Positions 11,342 through 26,100 of a DNA stretch of 64,000 nt are shown piece by piece. Origin of the DNA: Takakia lepidozioides (taxonomy: Eukaryota > Plantae > Bryophyta); assembly GCA_030704615.1 (NCBI GenBank), contig CM060731.1, positions 6,324,001-6,388,000 on the forward strand, written 5' to 3'. The first letter of the stretch is position 1; each line of letters starts with the position of its first letter. Below the pieces are notes generated by a model that was not told the origin of the DNA, searched no databases, and worked only from the letters and a program-made list of their open reading frames with translations. The position numbers and the translations under genes were made by a program.

Positions 11342-14300
11342 TTACAAATTGAGTAAAGAACGTGCCGATCCTTTGCGGGCCCGTCTGCGCTTTCTTTGCC
11401 GAACACGCCACAAACTCACAATTAGAAGAATTCCTGCACAATACAGTCCAACCATTGTGTCACTGGCATAAACTGAAGTGCATATACAAGCATTGCAGAA
11501 AAAACATACAGATAAAATAAAAAAGTTGTCTATCATGAGAGAATATGTTGGATGACTGCAGATCGCTAGATACAACAGTAGCTTACTGATCACACATGGT
11601 AGTGCCTCACGCTTCCGACCATATATGGTACAACAATCCACGAATGGAGGTGAACTCCTGGCATTGCAATAGCAATTGAGGGAATATTAGTTATCTTCTA
11701 GAAACAGGTCAAAACTCATTATAGATCCATGATGAAGTTCAACCAACACACTTTCTAAATAACAAAAACTCTGGTATGGCCCCCAACCCATTAAGAATTT
11801 AAGAACTGACTGTTGATGGCCACACTTGCTGGGAAAAACAACACACAGAAAAACCCTACTCGAACCTACCTACCTGTTACACCGAGAACTGCAGGAACCA
11901 ACCATTGTATAGCTGCAAGTGTTGTCAGGTCCAACTGCATGCCCAACACACATGCACACATATAAAGATCACACATTGACCATCTACTAATAACACAGTG
12001 GACTCCGATATAACATCGGCACACTGAGACCCTGAATCAACTCTTTGTAGATAAAGGCTAACCTATGTTGGCAAAGCTAAAGAGAGCAATTTCTTGAACA
12101 TGTGCTCATTATTAGCAGCACAGGAATTGAAGCAAGGGGAACAATAGAGAGCCAGGGATGACGAATGGCTGCATGCTTCTTTCTGACGCAGTACCTCTAA
12201 CATGCTGCAAGGCTGCCACTTGCATCAGACGCATTTCACAAACTCAAAAAGTGGCCACCAGTACCGCCGGTGGGTTAGGAGGCCCACCTACCAGCGTGGC
12301 TGGTGGCCACCAGATAATAGCCAGTAGGGTAATGGAACCCTTGCTCAACCTTTATCTTGCTGCCTGAACACCATCCAGTACTGGACATGAAGCTGGCCAG
12401 CAACTGCATGTGCAAAGGACAGGCTTACAATAACGAAAGACATGCGAGTGCTCAAGCCTGTTGACTCTCACAACAGGCTGTCACTCACAATTTATAGAGG
12501 CACTTCTTTTACCTCATCACGATTCCACCAACCAAGAGGCAGATGTGAACCAATCTTGATTGTTTGCTGGCTTACATAAGTCCTGCCACCATTATTCTTC
12601 AACATCATGTGTGTCTCAGTCATCTCTATGTCAGCCTTTTTGGTGGAAGATGAACCCTCCTGATACTGCTGTCCAGGCTCGTTCTTGCTATGCAATACAT
12701 TGTTCTGGGGTATCCCTTGTGACCTGTGCAGCTGGTCTGGTGAAGTCAACATCTTTGCCTGGACAGCTTCCCTGCCAAGCAAAGTAACATCCTGCCCTGG
12801 AAAACCACCATCCACAGGTTGTTGTGGAAATGCACTTTGAAATGCGTGGCCTGCATCAGGGGAAAGCTCATTCTGGTTGAAACCTTTTAAGCCTTGCACA
12901 GCAACAGGAGCATCTGTGCCGCACGTCAATGGGTGGTTCAAAACAAGAGAGTACGAGCTGAAGTTAACATCGTCACGGCGCGTTGGCAGGGAATTGTCAA
13001 GCGCCCCAAGGGGGGAGCCAAGCTCGTTTGTGGAAGGAAAAATTACAGGGTCTCGAATATCACGACTGGTAAAATCCAGTAGCTTCTTTAATAACCAGTA
13101 ACAATTGCTGACCATGTGACTGCTATCCAGACAGTTAGAATCCCCATATACTGCGATACGCCCTTTCCCTGCTTCCACTGCTCCCAGAATGGGTGATTCC
13201 ACCTGCCCCATGCCATCCAACAATCACAAGTTCATGATGGACAGCTACGATTTCTTGCAATAACAGCAGTGACCGCAAAAAGGCATAACAAAAGAAAAGT
13301 ATCAGTTTGCATTTATAACTTACAACAGCCATCTACCTTTTCCATCGTCTGAAAAATAGCAGCATCGGTGGACGAAACCTTGAAACAAGATTGCGCTCAT
13401 CAAGGTAGATGTACAAAGAGAAACAGAGAGAAGAGGGGATTCAGTCCAACCATTGTTTCGTGGCCTTCCCATCTTATTGTGTTGCACTGCTAAGCTACTC
13501 TTCATGCACAGCCTTGACAGGACATTCTTTATTCCACTAGCACTGTGTAAATCGACCATTCATACAAACACTTGTACTTCACTGCATTACAAGCAATCAA
13601 AGCTGCATCCCCACCAGCCGCAGAACATCAATCAATGGTGATCACTGACTGGAGCCCATTCCTGAGGCATTATGACGTCCATTTGTACTAGTAAAAAGAT
13701 TCTTAACCTTATAATATCCTGCAGAATGAGCTGTGGAGGCTGTTAAAAGGACACAGGACACTTCCACTAAGGTAATTGGTTGCACAAAACCTGTGCACGT
13801 CCAGATGTGCGTGAGGAGGTGATTCCAGAACGCCCTCCAGAGTGATCCTGGAAAAGAAAGCGGTGCACAAAGCCACGTGCCGGAAAGCGCTGAATATCAG
13901 TGCCCGATGCATAGTGCGCTCTCTCCCCACCTATAGAGTATGCACCATTCAGGATGGTATCTCCAAACGCAATGCCAAAAGGGGCGAGCAGATCATTCAA
14001 AGCTGGAATATTCGCCCCTCCCGTGGCAGGGGTCCACCAACTACGAGTGTTATCATCAAAAAATTTCATCTTAACCATGGTCTCCACGTGATACCAATCA
14101 GCAAAAACAATCAATCCTAGGCCCTTGCTCTCAACATCCTCCTTAAGTTTCTCAATTTCCTCATCATAGAACTCATCCTCGAGGTCAACCATCAACAACG
14201 TTCCATACTGCCCAGCATCAAAGCAGGTCAAAGGGGAGCCCAGTATTTCCAAAAAGTAGCCAGCATCTCGAAGATTGTCAAACATGCCATGGAAATTGGT

Positions 14301-17300
14301 ATGCAAATGGTCCCCATGCCAATCCAGAATGTCATTGCGCACATCTAGCGAGTCACGAGGTATGTATCCAGGCGGGTACCGGACGCTGTGGAACTGATCC
14401 CAAAGTATACGCTTCTCACGCAGTGGTGTCGGAATGACTGCTACTTTGAGAGGAAGAACACACTCCCATTTTCTAGGTTTACTTTCCCCCCTACCTGGAG
14501 GCGAAACAACTGTGAAAACGATGTTCCCGACAATTGTTCCCTCAAAGTTGGCGCCTTCATCTTTGATTCTGAAGTGCAGTCCAAGAAAGCCAGTCCAAGG
14601 CCAGAGTACATCTGAATATGTGTATTGTATGTCCAGCAAATTGTCATTATCTCCAGACGGGAGCCACGAGGGTGCAGTCTCAATGTAGCCCACAACACCC
14701 ATCCCATTAAGAATGGTCGCATTGAAAATTATAGGCATGGCGCCTGCATATAAAGGCTGCCGACAAAAAGGCCAAGCATATGGGCAATCAGTGAGGTCCA
14801 ATGAACTTGGCATAATGCTTGCTCGAGGTTTATAATTTGCCAAGATCTCAAATGACTTCAACCTGGAATGTGCCAACATAGGTTACATGTTAGCTAGTCT
14901 GGCCACTCTCCTAAAGGTGTGGAGCAGTGACCTCACTAGTTGGGGACATCTGAGAACCAAGACAGACAACATCAGAGAACCCTAAACCCTAAACCCTGAA
15001 CTTTGTCAACGACCTCAGAAAGCCAGACGAAAACAATATAATTTTCCTGATTCAGAACAGCAAGCAACAGAAGGGATTACTAAATGTCTCAATGACTTGA
15101 AATCAACCACCTTGCATTCCTACTTTCAGCTCCCATGGACTATGACATACCAAAAGCATATCAGACACCATAAAATAACAGACAACAGCCAATCTAGGGA
15201 TGTAGGCAGGTTTTGACACTGGAAAGAGGAAATACATCGGTTGGAGGCCAAAATAGGAAGTCTTTCAAAATTGAAAAGTTTGTGACGGCAAAAAGTGAAC
15301 ATACAAGTTGAGGCGCCCTGCACCTTGCTCGAACATGTTGGGACCAGACAGGCGCGAGGCACCTTCCACAAGGGCCTGCTTCATACTGGCTGGATTGAGA
15401 AGCTGCCACCTCTCTTGTTCTGGCACCACACTGGCCAGCAGGCACACTGCGCCAGCCACCACTGGACTGGCCACACTAGTACCAGAAAGGCTCTTGCAGC
15501 CTGAGCTAATCTTGGACCCAATCACCTCACGACCATATGCCACAATGTCAGGCTTTACCCGCCCATATCTGCATTCCAAGGTCAGGCAAGTTCGTTCAAC
15601 AAAAGCCCAACTACAGAGCAATTGCACAGGAACCACCCAATGAATTCAATCATCAACTTCAGGGCTTCAGATTGCAATCCATGTATTGCGCCAGCAAAGC
15701 AAAAATACGTTCACGTATTGCTAAGTAAGCTCCCAACAGAGTAGGTTGCCCTGGGTTCAAATTCATATGGGCCTACATTCGAGGTTACATTGAGTGATCC
15801 ACCCAGCAATGAAGGTGGGGGGCACTGTCTTGCCAACCTGTGTACCAACAGGTGCACTGGCTTCTTCTGTATAACCGCATCAAATGGGAACCTTACCCGT
15901 GTGGGATCTCCCAAGTGCTCATGCCACGTGAGGAAAAAGAAGCGATGTGATCACTGTAATCGATGCCTCCTACCCCAATGACATCACTTTGATCAGCCGG
16001 GTTGTTCAAGGTGCCATACAGTGGCCCATCATTGCCAATAGCAGATACCATGATAATGTTATTTGCTGTCATTTCCCAAACCTGTATCATACACGGACCC
16101 AGATTATTTGGTCCAGCTTGTTGCTTGACATCCTTCCAACATTCAAAACTCTTCAAGACATCATCCCTGAATTGAACCCTTCTCCTACAACCAACACCCA
16201 CAAATGGAAGACAATCAACCTCACTTGACAAGATCTAATCAATCACGTTGCCAAGCTTTAGTATTTGAAACACTGGCATGGGCCCATGGAGAAGTCCTGA
16301 AATGACTGGTCAATATCTCCAGTCCAACAATACGAATCAAACAGCTCCTGCAGTACCCATTAGCGGCATACCACATAAGCAAACATCAGAAACAGAAAAC
16401 CTATAACACTATAGACAGGATGACCTTGCTTTGATGTCGTAGAGCACGTCAGTTGCAGACACAATCAAAGAAAATCAAACCTTCAAGGCCAGAGGGTCTC
16501 ACCTTTTCCACAAAAGGACAGTCCAAATAGTCAGGCCCACCAATGCTGAGGTTCAGTACATTCATCTTTGTAGCAATTGCATAATTGAACGCATCCAGGA
16601 ACCATGATGTGTATGATACCTGCACCCCACTGCAAACATCTTTGATCATCGGCTGGCAGCACAGGAAAGGGGCACTCACCTGCCCTTCATCTCCTAATCA
16701 TCATAGCTATATGGCATCTGCCTACACTGACACAATAATGCTTTTAAAAATCTACATTCTAATACTGAATATCTCAGAGCCACATGGAGCACCGGCAGCA
16801 GCTTTCTTTGCCTTTTTGCTCAAAAAGCAGTCAATAGAACAATATATGCAATCAGCAACAATTGCATTACCTGTCCATCAGTGAACACACGAAAGGCATA
16901 AATCTCTGCATCTGGAGCAAAGCCTAGGCATTGTGAATCTTGACTTGAGATAACGCCTGCAACAAATGTGCCGTGGCCAAGATTGTCATTCAACGTGTCC
17001 TCATTGGTCCAGTTGGTTCTCTCCTGCAACTCATCCCACGCTGGCCTAAATCAGCCCCAGCATTTCCTACTGTTAATCTTAGTCTCTGACCTCACAATAT
17101 GGGATGGATTGCGAAGTCGGGACATACCAACATTGTCCACCCCTCTTGGAGTCAAAAGTCTTGCCAAGCAGTATTCAGAATATCACTAGCTGTAAGCTAG
17201 GAATGACAGTTGTAGAGTTGCGGAGCACATTCCTGCTTTTCAACACCTAAACTTTTCAGATGTAGAACAGCACAATCATTGGCTTTTCCAATCTCATGTG

Positions 17301-19339
17301 TGGACCAAAGTTGAAGGAGTGGAGGTGAGGGATAAAGCATGAAATTTCAAAGACTAGCAGAATTGCCAATACAGCCACCTCTAAAATTAGCCAGATGCAG
17401 GCATGTCGACAGCTCACTTGTAGTGATCTATGACTGGATACATTTAACCCCTCAACACTTCAGTGTTTCCCTCCAGACAGCAGGAAAATGATGCACATTA
17501 TGTTCCTCAAGAACACAGTCATGACGAAAAGTAGTGGTGAAAGAAAGCCTTTGTGTACTAATTCCGCTGGTATCTTTTAGTTGTTTACAAAGACCCTGAG
17601 AATAAAAACCAGTTATGACACAAAGGAGGCACATTCTGCTTACTCCTGGCACATGCTTACCTTTATGTTGCGAAAGTGAGGATGATCAGCACGAATGCCT
17701 GTGTCAAACACTGCCATCCTCACTTTGGCACCCGTGAAGCCCTTGTCCCACAGCTTCTCTGCTCCAAACATGGAGGTAATCTGTGATCTCTGCTTCCCAT
17801 TCCAACCCAGCCACATTCCAATCTCAGCATACTTTTACTTCGTGATGACACATTGAGGGCAATATTTGCCCCCTCATGTAAGAAAACCATCCACATATCC
17901 ATTTCATGTAATAATGAGAATGCGTCAAACCGATCAGTCAAATGAGCTCCTCTTATGTGAACCAGATTTCCACTCTTTTGTCTTACTCCGTCATTCCCTC
18001 ACTTTACCAGAACTCCTTTACATTCAATAAAAGGTAGGCAGTTGGTCATCCTTGTATGGGAAAGATTCAAACCCAGTGCAGAACCTTTCTTACAACCTTG
18101 TTGCAGACAGCACGGATCTCAAGACCAATGCATAACAACCAGAGGAGAGTGCACTCAAGTGCAGGCAGGCCATAAAAGTACGACTTCCTTAGGTCCGCAG
18201 TAGTTTTACAGTGTCACAGAAAGTGTCATGCAATAATGACATGTTCCTGCAGAAGCATTTCCATTACTTATGTACTACAACTACTTCAAGAGTTTCAGTA
18301 GGCCATGCTCTTGACAGCTCAGGCAGACAGAGTAGTTGCATATCACCATCCTTCGATGTACTAACCTACAGACCATCTTGACCATTTTTAAAAGTACCTG
18401 CAGTAAGAGCTTTCGGCCTTGCTTTCCAAGAGAGACATTTGCATGGATCAGACCCCAACTTCGCTGGGCGTCATCTTCGTACGACATGTCTGTATGAAGA
18501 CGGCCGCGTGCCTTCACCTCGACCTCATTGAACTCAGAGCCTCTAAGAGATTCCTGCATTTCCAACTCGGCGGTTTTTGCACCCTCTTGCACGGCAAACC
18601 CTTTCCCACGCTTCCCTGCCTCCCCGTCGCAAGCACAGCCAGCTGCGCGAGCGCCAAACATTTCCTTGCCAAGTGTTGGCGGTTCTTGAGACTGTCTGCC
18701 CGTACTTTTCTCAGTTGTAAGTGAACGAGTGAACCGCATCTGGGGCGAAACATCCTTCACAAAGCTAAGCTTTGCTAACTTCCTTAATAGAGATTCACTT
18801 GAACTTCTATCCAATCTGAGCAATGCGAAATCTGTAGGGAAAGCGGAAGCCGGATTGACACGGTCCACCCAATGCCACATTCCTACATTTAACACATCCT
18901 GTAAGACTTGCCTGTGTTCGGAAGCATGTCGATACTCCCTGAATCTAACGATATACTCATCAGAAACTTCCCCTATAGCTCTCACAGGCCCCGTAGGCTC
19001 ACTCGTCTCCCCTTCCCCCTCCAAACACGTAGTCCTCAATTGTTCCTGATCTGCAGTCGCTGATCCGAACCGGTGAACAGGACACTGGCAGTTGGCTTGG
19101 CTTGATATCTCAGGTTCATCACCGCTTGTCGGAGGATCTGCGCTAAGCCCTACCCTTGCTTCAGTGTCCTGATTGCAACCTGCCTCCTCGATCTCTTCAG
19201 CACTACAGGACCCTGACTCGCCGAGATGCGGATACGCACCACATGTACCCCAATCCTTCGCATTGCCTGCGTGCAAGGGCTTGTGTGATGCCAACATCAG
19301 TAGCAACAGAAGCGCCCCCCATCCTGCTAAGGCTCTCAT
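11342..19339 (-). CDS. SBT6.1: Membrane-bound transcription factor site-1 protease (subtilisin SBT6.1/S1P), 10 exons, about 1234 aa
   Basis: Exons on -: 19339-18398, 17789-17661, 17023-16871, 16619-16503, 16081-15897, 15568-15305, 14862-13791, 13202-12513, 11934-11874, 11433-11342. All introns are GT-AG and phases are consistent (3705 nt). Features: signal peptide, RKLL autocleavage site, catalytic D (FDTG), H (GHGTFVAG), S (GTSVASP), oxyanion N (AIGNDG), and C-terminal TM ([19 protein letters not shown]) with basic tail (RVRQRKRRR). Confidence 0.96.
14978..15000. repeat. Short interstitial plant telomere repeat (AAACCCT)n / telo-box in S1P intron 6
   Basis: aaccctaaaccctaaaccctgaa. Degenerate telo-box-like motifs also occur at about 19760-19810, upstream of the S1P start. 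Confidence 0.6.
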
Positions 19340-20828
19340 GCTGCCCGGACCCTCACCCTCGCCTCCCTCTCATGGTGGCTTCTTCCACATTGCTAATCCA
19401 AGCCACTATACCTTCTCATTCCCTTCCTTTGCCCATGCACCTCCGCCTCCTCCTGATTGTTTGGTAAATCGGTCATCGGACGCCAACCTCGGGTGTAGCC
19501 GATTCCGCTTGATCATCTCACACTGACAACGGGTCCACTCTCCTGGCCTTCTAGATTCCAGGCTTGAACAGTGCGATTTTGGAAGATGAAAGCTCTAGTA
19601 AAGCTTTCACAACGTCTGCTCAATCCATCCCTACACCCTACTCTCCCCACACCATTGACATGATGGATCGCAACATGCAATCCAATGCGGATGAGGCTGC
19701 AGGCACGGAGCCCAGCACTGAACGCTGTGTGCTAATAACAACACACTAACCTGCCCCCTCAGCACCCTAAACCACTATCAACCCTCTAACCCACACACTA
19801 AACCCTTGCTCGCCTCATTTGCACGATAAAAACCCAACGGCGACGATTGTCGTTCAGTCTCCGTCCTGTAATATATGCGATACGTTTTACAAATGTGCCC
19901 TACGATCGAAACGACAAAGAACATAAGAATATCGATGAGTTGGACTTATACATAGAGAATACAGAATAATCTGTTCCCATTCCAAAAAAAAAAGAAAAAA
20001 AGGAATAATATGAACTGTCAAGCCAAAAGAATGGATTTCTCAGAAATTTTATTCTATAATCCGCAGATGTGCATTTTTATTTCATTTTAAAATACGGCAT
20101 GATGTCGAAGTTTGAGCTCAGTTGTGAAGCACTGGCATCCGTACCAGATTTAGTATACATATCCTATATTTTATAAATTAAAAAAGTAGGATTGTCAGTA
20201 ATTCAATTTAAAGAAAATTATTTATATATTCAATACAATATTTGTCTTGAGCTATCATGTACCCTTCTACAGGGGTCATTCGTGGGAGTATTATGGGACA
20301 CACCAGTATGAGAAACGGAGAGAAAGATCAAAGAGGACTCCTCCTTAAGGAATTGTAATTGAATAATTTCAAGTATGTCTCCCACTTGGTTATTTTTTGG
20401 AAGAATACCAAATTTATAATATAGTTATATTTATCATATAAATTGTAAACAATTTGTAATTGCGTGAGTGAACCTATGTCTATCTTACAATCTCTGTTTC
20501 TGTGAAAACATTGGAATCCTATTACTGCGTTTTTGTGCTCACATCTCCATTTTTCTATGCTCACGTGAACTGGCGTACAAGTGTGCTCATGTTCTACCAA
20601 ACCCCTACCTCCCTCATATGACATCTTTCTTGAACAATTTATGAAGAATGAATGGATGAATTTTTAGGGTTTATTATCAGATTCCACTATTCACAAAGAG
20701 GAGCCATATGCGTCTAGCCACTCGTTTAAGGCTCCTGATACATGTTTTAGCCCTTCAAAGATCCGTAAGCCCCCTCTTTTTATAGTGTTTTGTGGAACCC
20801 TCCAAAAGTGGAAGGAATAATGACTCAA

Positions 20829-22592
20829 CTTTTTTCTTTTTCTTTTTTAAGGTGAAGAGGGGCGAAGCCACAAAACTTTATTTGAATTATTTGAAGGGAA
20901 AACAATTAAAACCCTTTGATGCCCGAAGGCTGCCATAAGGTTTAACACACGACAAGGCATAACGGATATCCCGATGAACTATGATTGTGCTAAAGAAACT
21001 TTCAGCAGGAAACGGATTGCAAACCGATGACTGAAATTAGTTTCGAGAAAACAGAAATAACGTGGGACTAGTCTAGCCTTGAAGAGGCTGGATGGTACGT
21101 TGTGCATAATAGACAAGCATGGAGGGCCAACCACTCCTTGTTCCTTGCATAGAACCATTGTAGAGAGCAACTCTGAAAATCTAAGTGCAGAAGTGGAGAG
21201 GAGGGGAGATCTATCTGTAGAGCAGCTTGGTCCTTGTGCTAGGCTTCACATGCTTCCAGTTGACATCTGATTTGTCAAACTCTGGGGAAGCGGAAGAGGA
21301 GGGCTTTGTGGTGTTGCCATTGAGGGGGGATTTCTCCAGGCCAGACACAATCTCCCACTCTCGTGCATGCGCAAATGACGTCGTTTCTGCCCCAAGTGGC
21401 CCTGAAGGAACTGAGGAGGGCATGCTGCCGATCTGGGTATTTGACGATGCATGCATGCACTCTTTCTCAAGCAAGTTTAGCTGCTATGGTAAGATCAAAA
21501 AATATCTTTGTGAGTGTAGCAGTGGCAGTGGAGTTAACATTGTCCAAGGACCAGGAACATCTGGCTTTCCAGGGTGCCATAGGGTGTATCCCCTCAAGGC
21601 TTCATAGACCGGACAGTCAATGGCTATGGATTTGGTAGTCCTGTCATAGTTGAGAAGCAGTACAACCTGGTTAGAGGGGAATGCTTCCCATGATGCAATA
21701 TAGAACGAGTCAATAAATGGCCATATCAGACGGGGTGCTTGACAATGTATGAGGCAGTGTTTCAATGTTTCGATGGTCCCAGATTGGCAGCACGAGCAGA
21801 GCAGGGCCTCAGGGAAATTCAGAAACTACCCGACCTTGAGCACCCTATTTGCTACCTGCCAGAAGAAGACACTAATTTATGCGGGCTTGGTTTTTTCCCA
21901 AATGAGTTTCCAGATTTCTCCCCAATTTTCCTCATGGAAGTTTTCATGCTGCCATCTTGCATTCCATTTGCCCGGAAGGGATTTGGCGCTTGCAAGGGCC
22001 CTGTATGCCCTCTTGGCCGAGTAGGAGAAGAATCCCAATTTGGTGTTACCGAATTTCCACTGCCACTCTCCAGAGTCTATCTGCAGGTCCTGGAGAGGCA
22101 TGCCTCCAATCCAAGCAAAGGAGGCAGAGAGAAGCCATAGAAAAGGGGGTGTTACCTCTGGGCAGATGGGTTGAAATCTTTGGCATGGGAGGACCACAAG
22201 CAGATTCTTGTCGGCAAGGCATCTATGCAGCAGAGATTTTGGGTAGTGTGTAAGAAGAGTGTCAGGAACCCGGAGAAGGTATCCGCTTTGAATGCATAGC
22301 CGGTTACTATGTCATGTTTCATCTCTCAAGTATACATTATTGAGTAGGGGTTTGCCTGAAGCCACAACCCAGCTATGAGGAGAATGCAGGGGCCGACCGT
22401 TTCGAAGAATTAGTTTCCTGGAATCTGGGATATTTCTGATAATGGAATTGATGCCGGATATAAGCCTTCTTGTACCTAGGACTGCTTGAAGGGAGTCAGA
22501 AGAGCTTGCCCACAGGTTGGCAATCTCAGAGTATCCTCTGGTTTCCCACTCCGCCCACATTTTGGCCTGAGTGCACTGTAAGGGAGATGGGG
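20829..22592 (-). mobile_element. L1-type LINE, 3' portion with zf-RVT region and poly(A) tail
   Basis: Minus strand reads WGEIWKLIW..., ISVFFWQVANRVLKVG, C..C..GTIETLKHCLIHC....IW (zf-RVT). The T-rich tract at 20829-20848 is the poly(A) tail of the element. Confidence 0.8.
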
Positions 22593-23166
22593 TGTCACGG
22601 ACATAGCCCAGAGGAACTTACCAGGAGTAAATACCAGAAGTTACCAAGTTATCATGTTACCGGAAATTACCATGATTTATCGTGATTTACCATTACTTAC
22701 CAAGTTACCGGGAGTTTATCAAATTACCAAGAGTAACTTGGGAAACTACTCAAGAAGCTTCTTTTGGTAGAAACTTCTCTATCAAGATACCTCCTTTGTT
22801 TAAGAAAACTTCTCCATCAAGAAACCTTTGTTTAATCTTGGAAACTTCTCCAGCAAGAAACCTCCATAGGGGAAGCTTCTTAGTAGCCAGTATATATAGG
22901 AGGCGAGACTGGACACTCCAACACAAGTTCAAGCTACTCTTGTTCCAAGTCCAGTACTCCAGTCTAGCTTCCAGTATCTAGTCCAGTTTCCAGTATCTGG
23001 TATTCCAGTCCAGTTTCCAACATTCCAGAGTTCCAGTATTTTGTACTCTTGTCCATTGTTATAAATATCATCTTGATTCATGTTCACCTACCATGCATTC
23101 GGCCACGCCGACCTTGACTTCTTGTTTAGTCTTGTACCTCTAGTCTGATCTCTTGTTTGTGTTCTG
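22593..23166 (+). mobile_element. LTR fragment inserted in the LINE and interrupted by the P-like element
   Basis: It starts with TGTCACGG and has ttaccaag and aaacttctc U3-type repeats, a TATA box (tatatatagg, about 22891) and ccagt(a/t)t repeats downstream. Confidence 0.6.
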
Positions 23167-26100
23167 CCCGGGGGGTGCACTCTTTATAAACTGTGCGTAT
23201 CACGTGCGTTCGTCGCCTAATAAAAAAACCCCCTGTATACGGGTCCTTGGATAATTTATACCCCCTCTGTACATACTTTTTGAAGATTATAAAATCCCCT
23301 CCTGTAAATACACAAAAATTTACAATTTTAGAAAGTACCCCCTTCTGTATGTATATTCTCATTTTCCATCATTAAAAATAACCCTCCAATATGTATATGT
23401 ATGTTTTTATATTATATCGAATTTATTCATTTAAAACATAATAAAATCTAACAAATTAATTAAAAAAAAATTGCCTTTGATAAAGTTGTCAAAGACTTTT
23501 CGGTCATTTGCATCAAGAACATATGTGTTTGATTTGACATTGTACTTTAAACATGCTAACGCGATAATGGAATCCAAATCAACCATCATGTTATTTGTCA
23601 AATCGTACGTATAGACCCCTCCTCGAATTTTTTGGTACCATGCTAACCTAATCTCCATATGAGAAGGACGCTCCAATAAATCAACAGAATCCCTACATTC
23701 TACAAACCGCTTATTGATTTTCTTCCGCATTCTTTGAACCCTGCCCAAATACCAAGTGCCTTTGGTTGCTCCTTTGCAGGTTTTCCCTGGTCTACCTTTC
23801 CTGTTCGTAGTTTGGATCGCAGTCTCCTCATCAACAAAAAATACAGCACAATCCGAACCCAATCCCAAGCTCGTGGCTTTGTTGCTGGTAGTTGGTTTGT
23901 TTTCTCGGCAAAACAACATCGATGCACTTCTTACTCGTGTCAATCTATCCTTGGATAGAGTAGGGTTGCCATTGAGTTGGCTAACCAAAGTGTTTTTGAA
24001 TATGGTCTTCCCGTCTACTTTGACAAATGGAACCACCGCCTTCGATCCATCTTTCTCTTGTTCAAACTCATCAATGACAGCATCCAGAGTATGTCTCAAT
24101 TCACTTTGAACAAGTACCTCTTCCGCATGATCATCCAAAGGTTGGCTCAAAACATCCTCCATTGAATTCGAAGGCCCGCACACCAATTCATCTTCCACGA
24201 CCTCATTTTGAATATGTGTGTCTACATTAAGAGGACAAATAGAATCTATGGCATCGACATCATCACCCTCCTCTTCCATGCTTTTCAATAGCTTGGCCTC
24301 CATTTGTCTCTCAATTGTTCATGGCTCATTCCACCAATCCAAGTTTGTTGCTTTGTTTGGTTTCATCCCAAGTTTATGACATAAAAGTTGCGCTTCTAGA
24401 AATCCAGTTTTCAAAGCCTCCACAATGCAATCATCCGATTGGACAGTAGAAAAGTCGGACAAATCAGCAAGGGGGATATCTGGCTTCTTCTCCAAAGAAG
24501 ACCAAATGTGTTCTTATTTCTTGTGAGCTCTTGAGAACTTGGGTCCTTTTGGATTCACCTCGAACTCGGATATGCGTGTTAATGCTCCCGCACTCTCAAT
24601 CAAATCACACCCGTCATATGTCCTCTCATTCCGTAACATACCTCCCACTTTGCTAAAGAATATTTCACACACATCTGAACCAACAAGGCTCAAAGGAACT
24701 TGCACATGATTAAACTTATCCTTGAACAATTTGATAAGTAGAACCACGTAGTGGCATGAAATTTGTAAATCCAAGTATGCTTCCCTGCTAATGAAGAAGG
24801 ATTTCAAATTATACACCTCGTGGTGGAATAGCCACAACTTCCACAATCTGAAAAAAAAAATTATACTTTCGCAGCAGATTGTACCCTCTCACACAATGAC
24901 ATGTGAGGAGACAAAAAAATGTTGATGTAGCATGAAATGATGTATAGGTAAATTTCAGTACCTTTGGTCCTCTCTCTTCGATGATTCACAGTTGATTGTA
25001 ACTCCCTCAAACAAGTTTGCACCTTCCGAGATGCCAGTCGTTGAGCTGCTGCCCAATTCTGTCGATCTTCTCTTTTGATATCACATTCCCGAAGTCCATG
25101 CTTGTCCACTGAAAATGAATGGTAGACCAATAACACATGATTCAATGTAGCAACCTCATCACCCAACACCAAAGTCCGTGATGCATTGTCCAAGGGATTT
25201 ACCAATTTTTTCCCATTGTGGATGAAGTCCTGATCATGGAGTCCGTATATATCTCCCCCGTTGCACACTCGACCTGTAAACAACCATCCTTCCCAAGGGA
25301 TGCAAAATCTACTTCCAGCCCCATTGGCATAATCTTCTAACATCACTTTTATCCTCCTACTATCTCCGTCTGAAGCATGCCCAATTATAGGCCCAACCAC
25401 GTCCCTCACATATTTGTCCCACAACTGTCTCACCACTTCCCATTGTGATCTCACAAAATTGTTGTCAAATCTATTGCAAGTGAGCTGGATTACCAATACC
25501 AATCGAGGTAACCATACATGTAGAGGATTTGCTATCAACACTCTAGCATAATGGGCAACCACATTGTTTTTGAATGCCTCCACAATATGTTCGTACCCTG
25601 ATTCTCCATCTCCCACTTGCACCACAAAATTTGAAATACATACATGGTTGTCTTGAAGCCCACAAAACCCGAGAAGGGTGTCATCCCTAGCAATCCAACG
25701 TACCAATCGCTTCACAATAGTTTCATCTTCGGCCACCATCACTGGGATGCTTCCCATTGGAATATTTGCATCTTCCATCACATCTCTGTAAATTCGAGCC
25801 ACATGCTGAAATATATCATCCGTTTCTCCGCTCTATACTTCAAACCTTTCCTCAAAGACCGTCTTGTAGTATCAATAGAAGGACCCCCCACATTTGAAGC
25901 CAAAAAATGATGCAATCTTGGACCCCCCTAAAGCTGCACAGTCTCAAACATTGTTTTTGTGCTAGTACCATACATCTTCCCTTGTGGAGACCTGTCAATA
26001 TTCTTGCCCATATCAACAAGAAAATCCCACAAACTTTCTTTTCCTTCAAAATCCCCCCTCCTATGTGCATCAACAATATCACGACAAAATTTGAGAACAT

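Noticed and set aside
12158-12410. Possible extra S1P exon
   Set aside because: No S1P homology. Exon 8 splices in phase to the 11934-11874 exon, which gives the expected pre-TM sequence.
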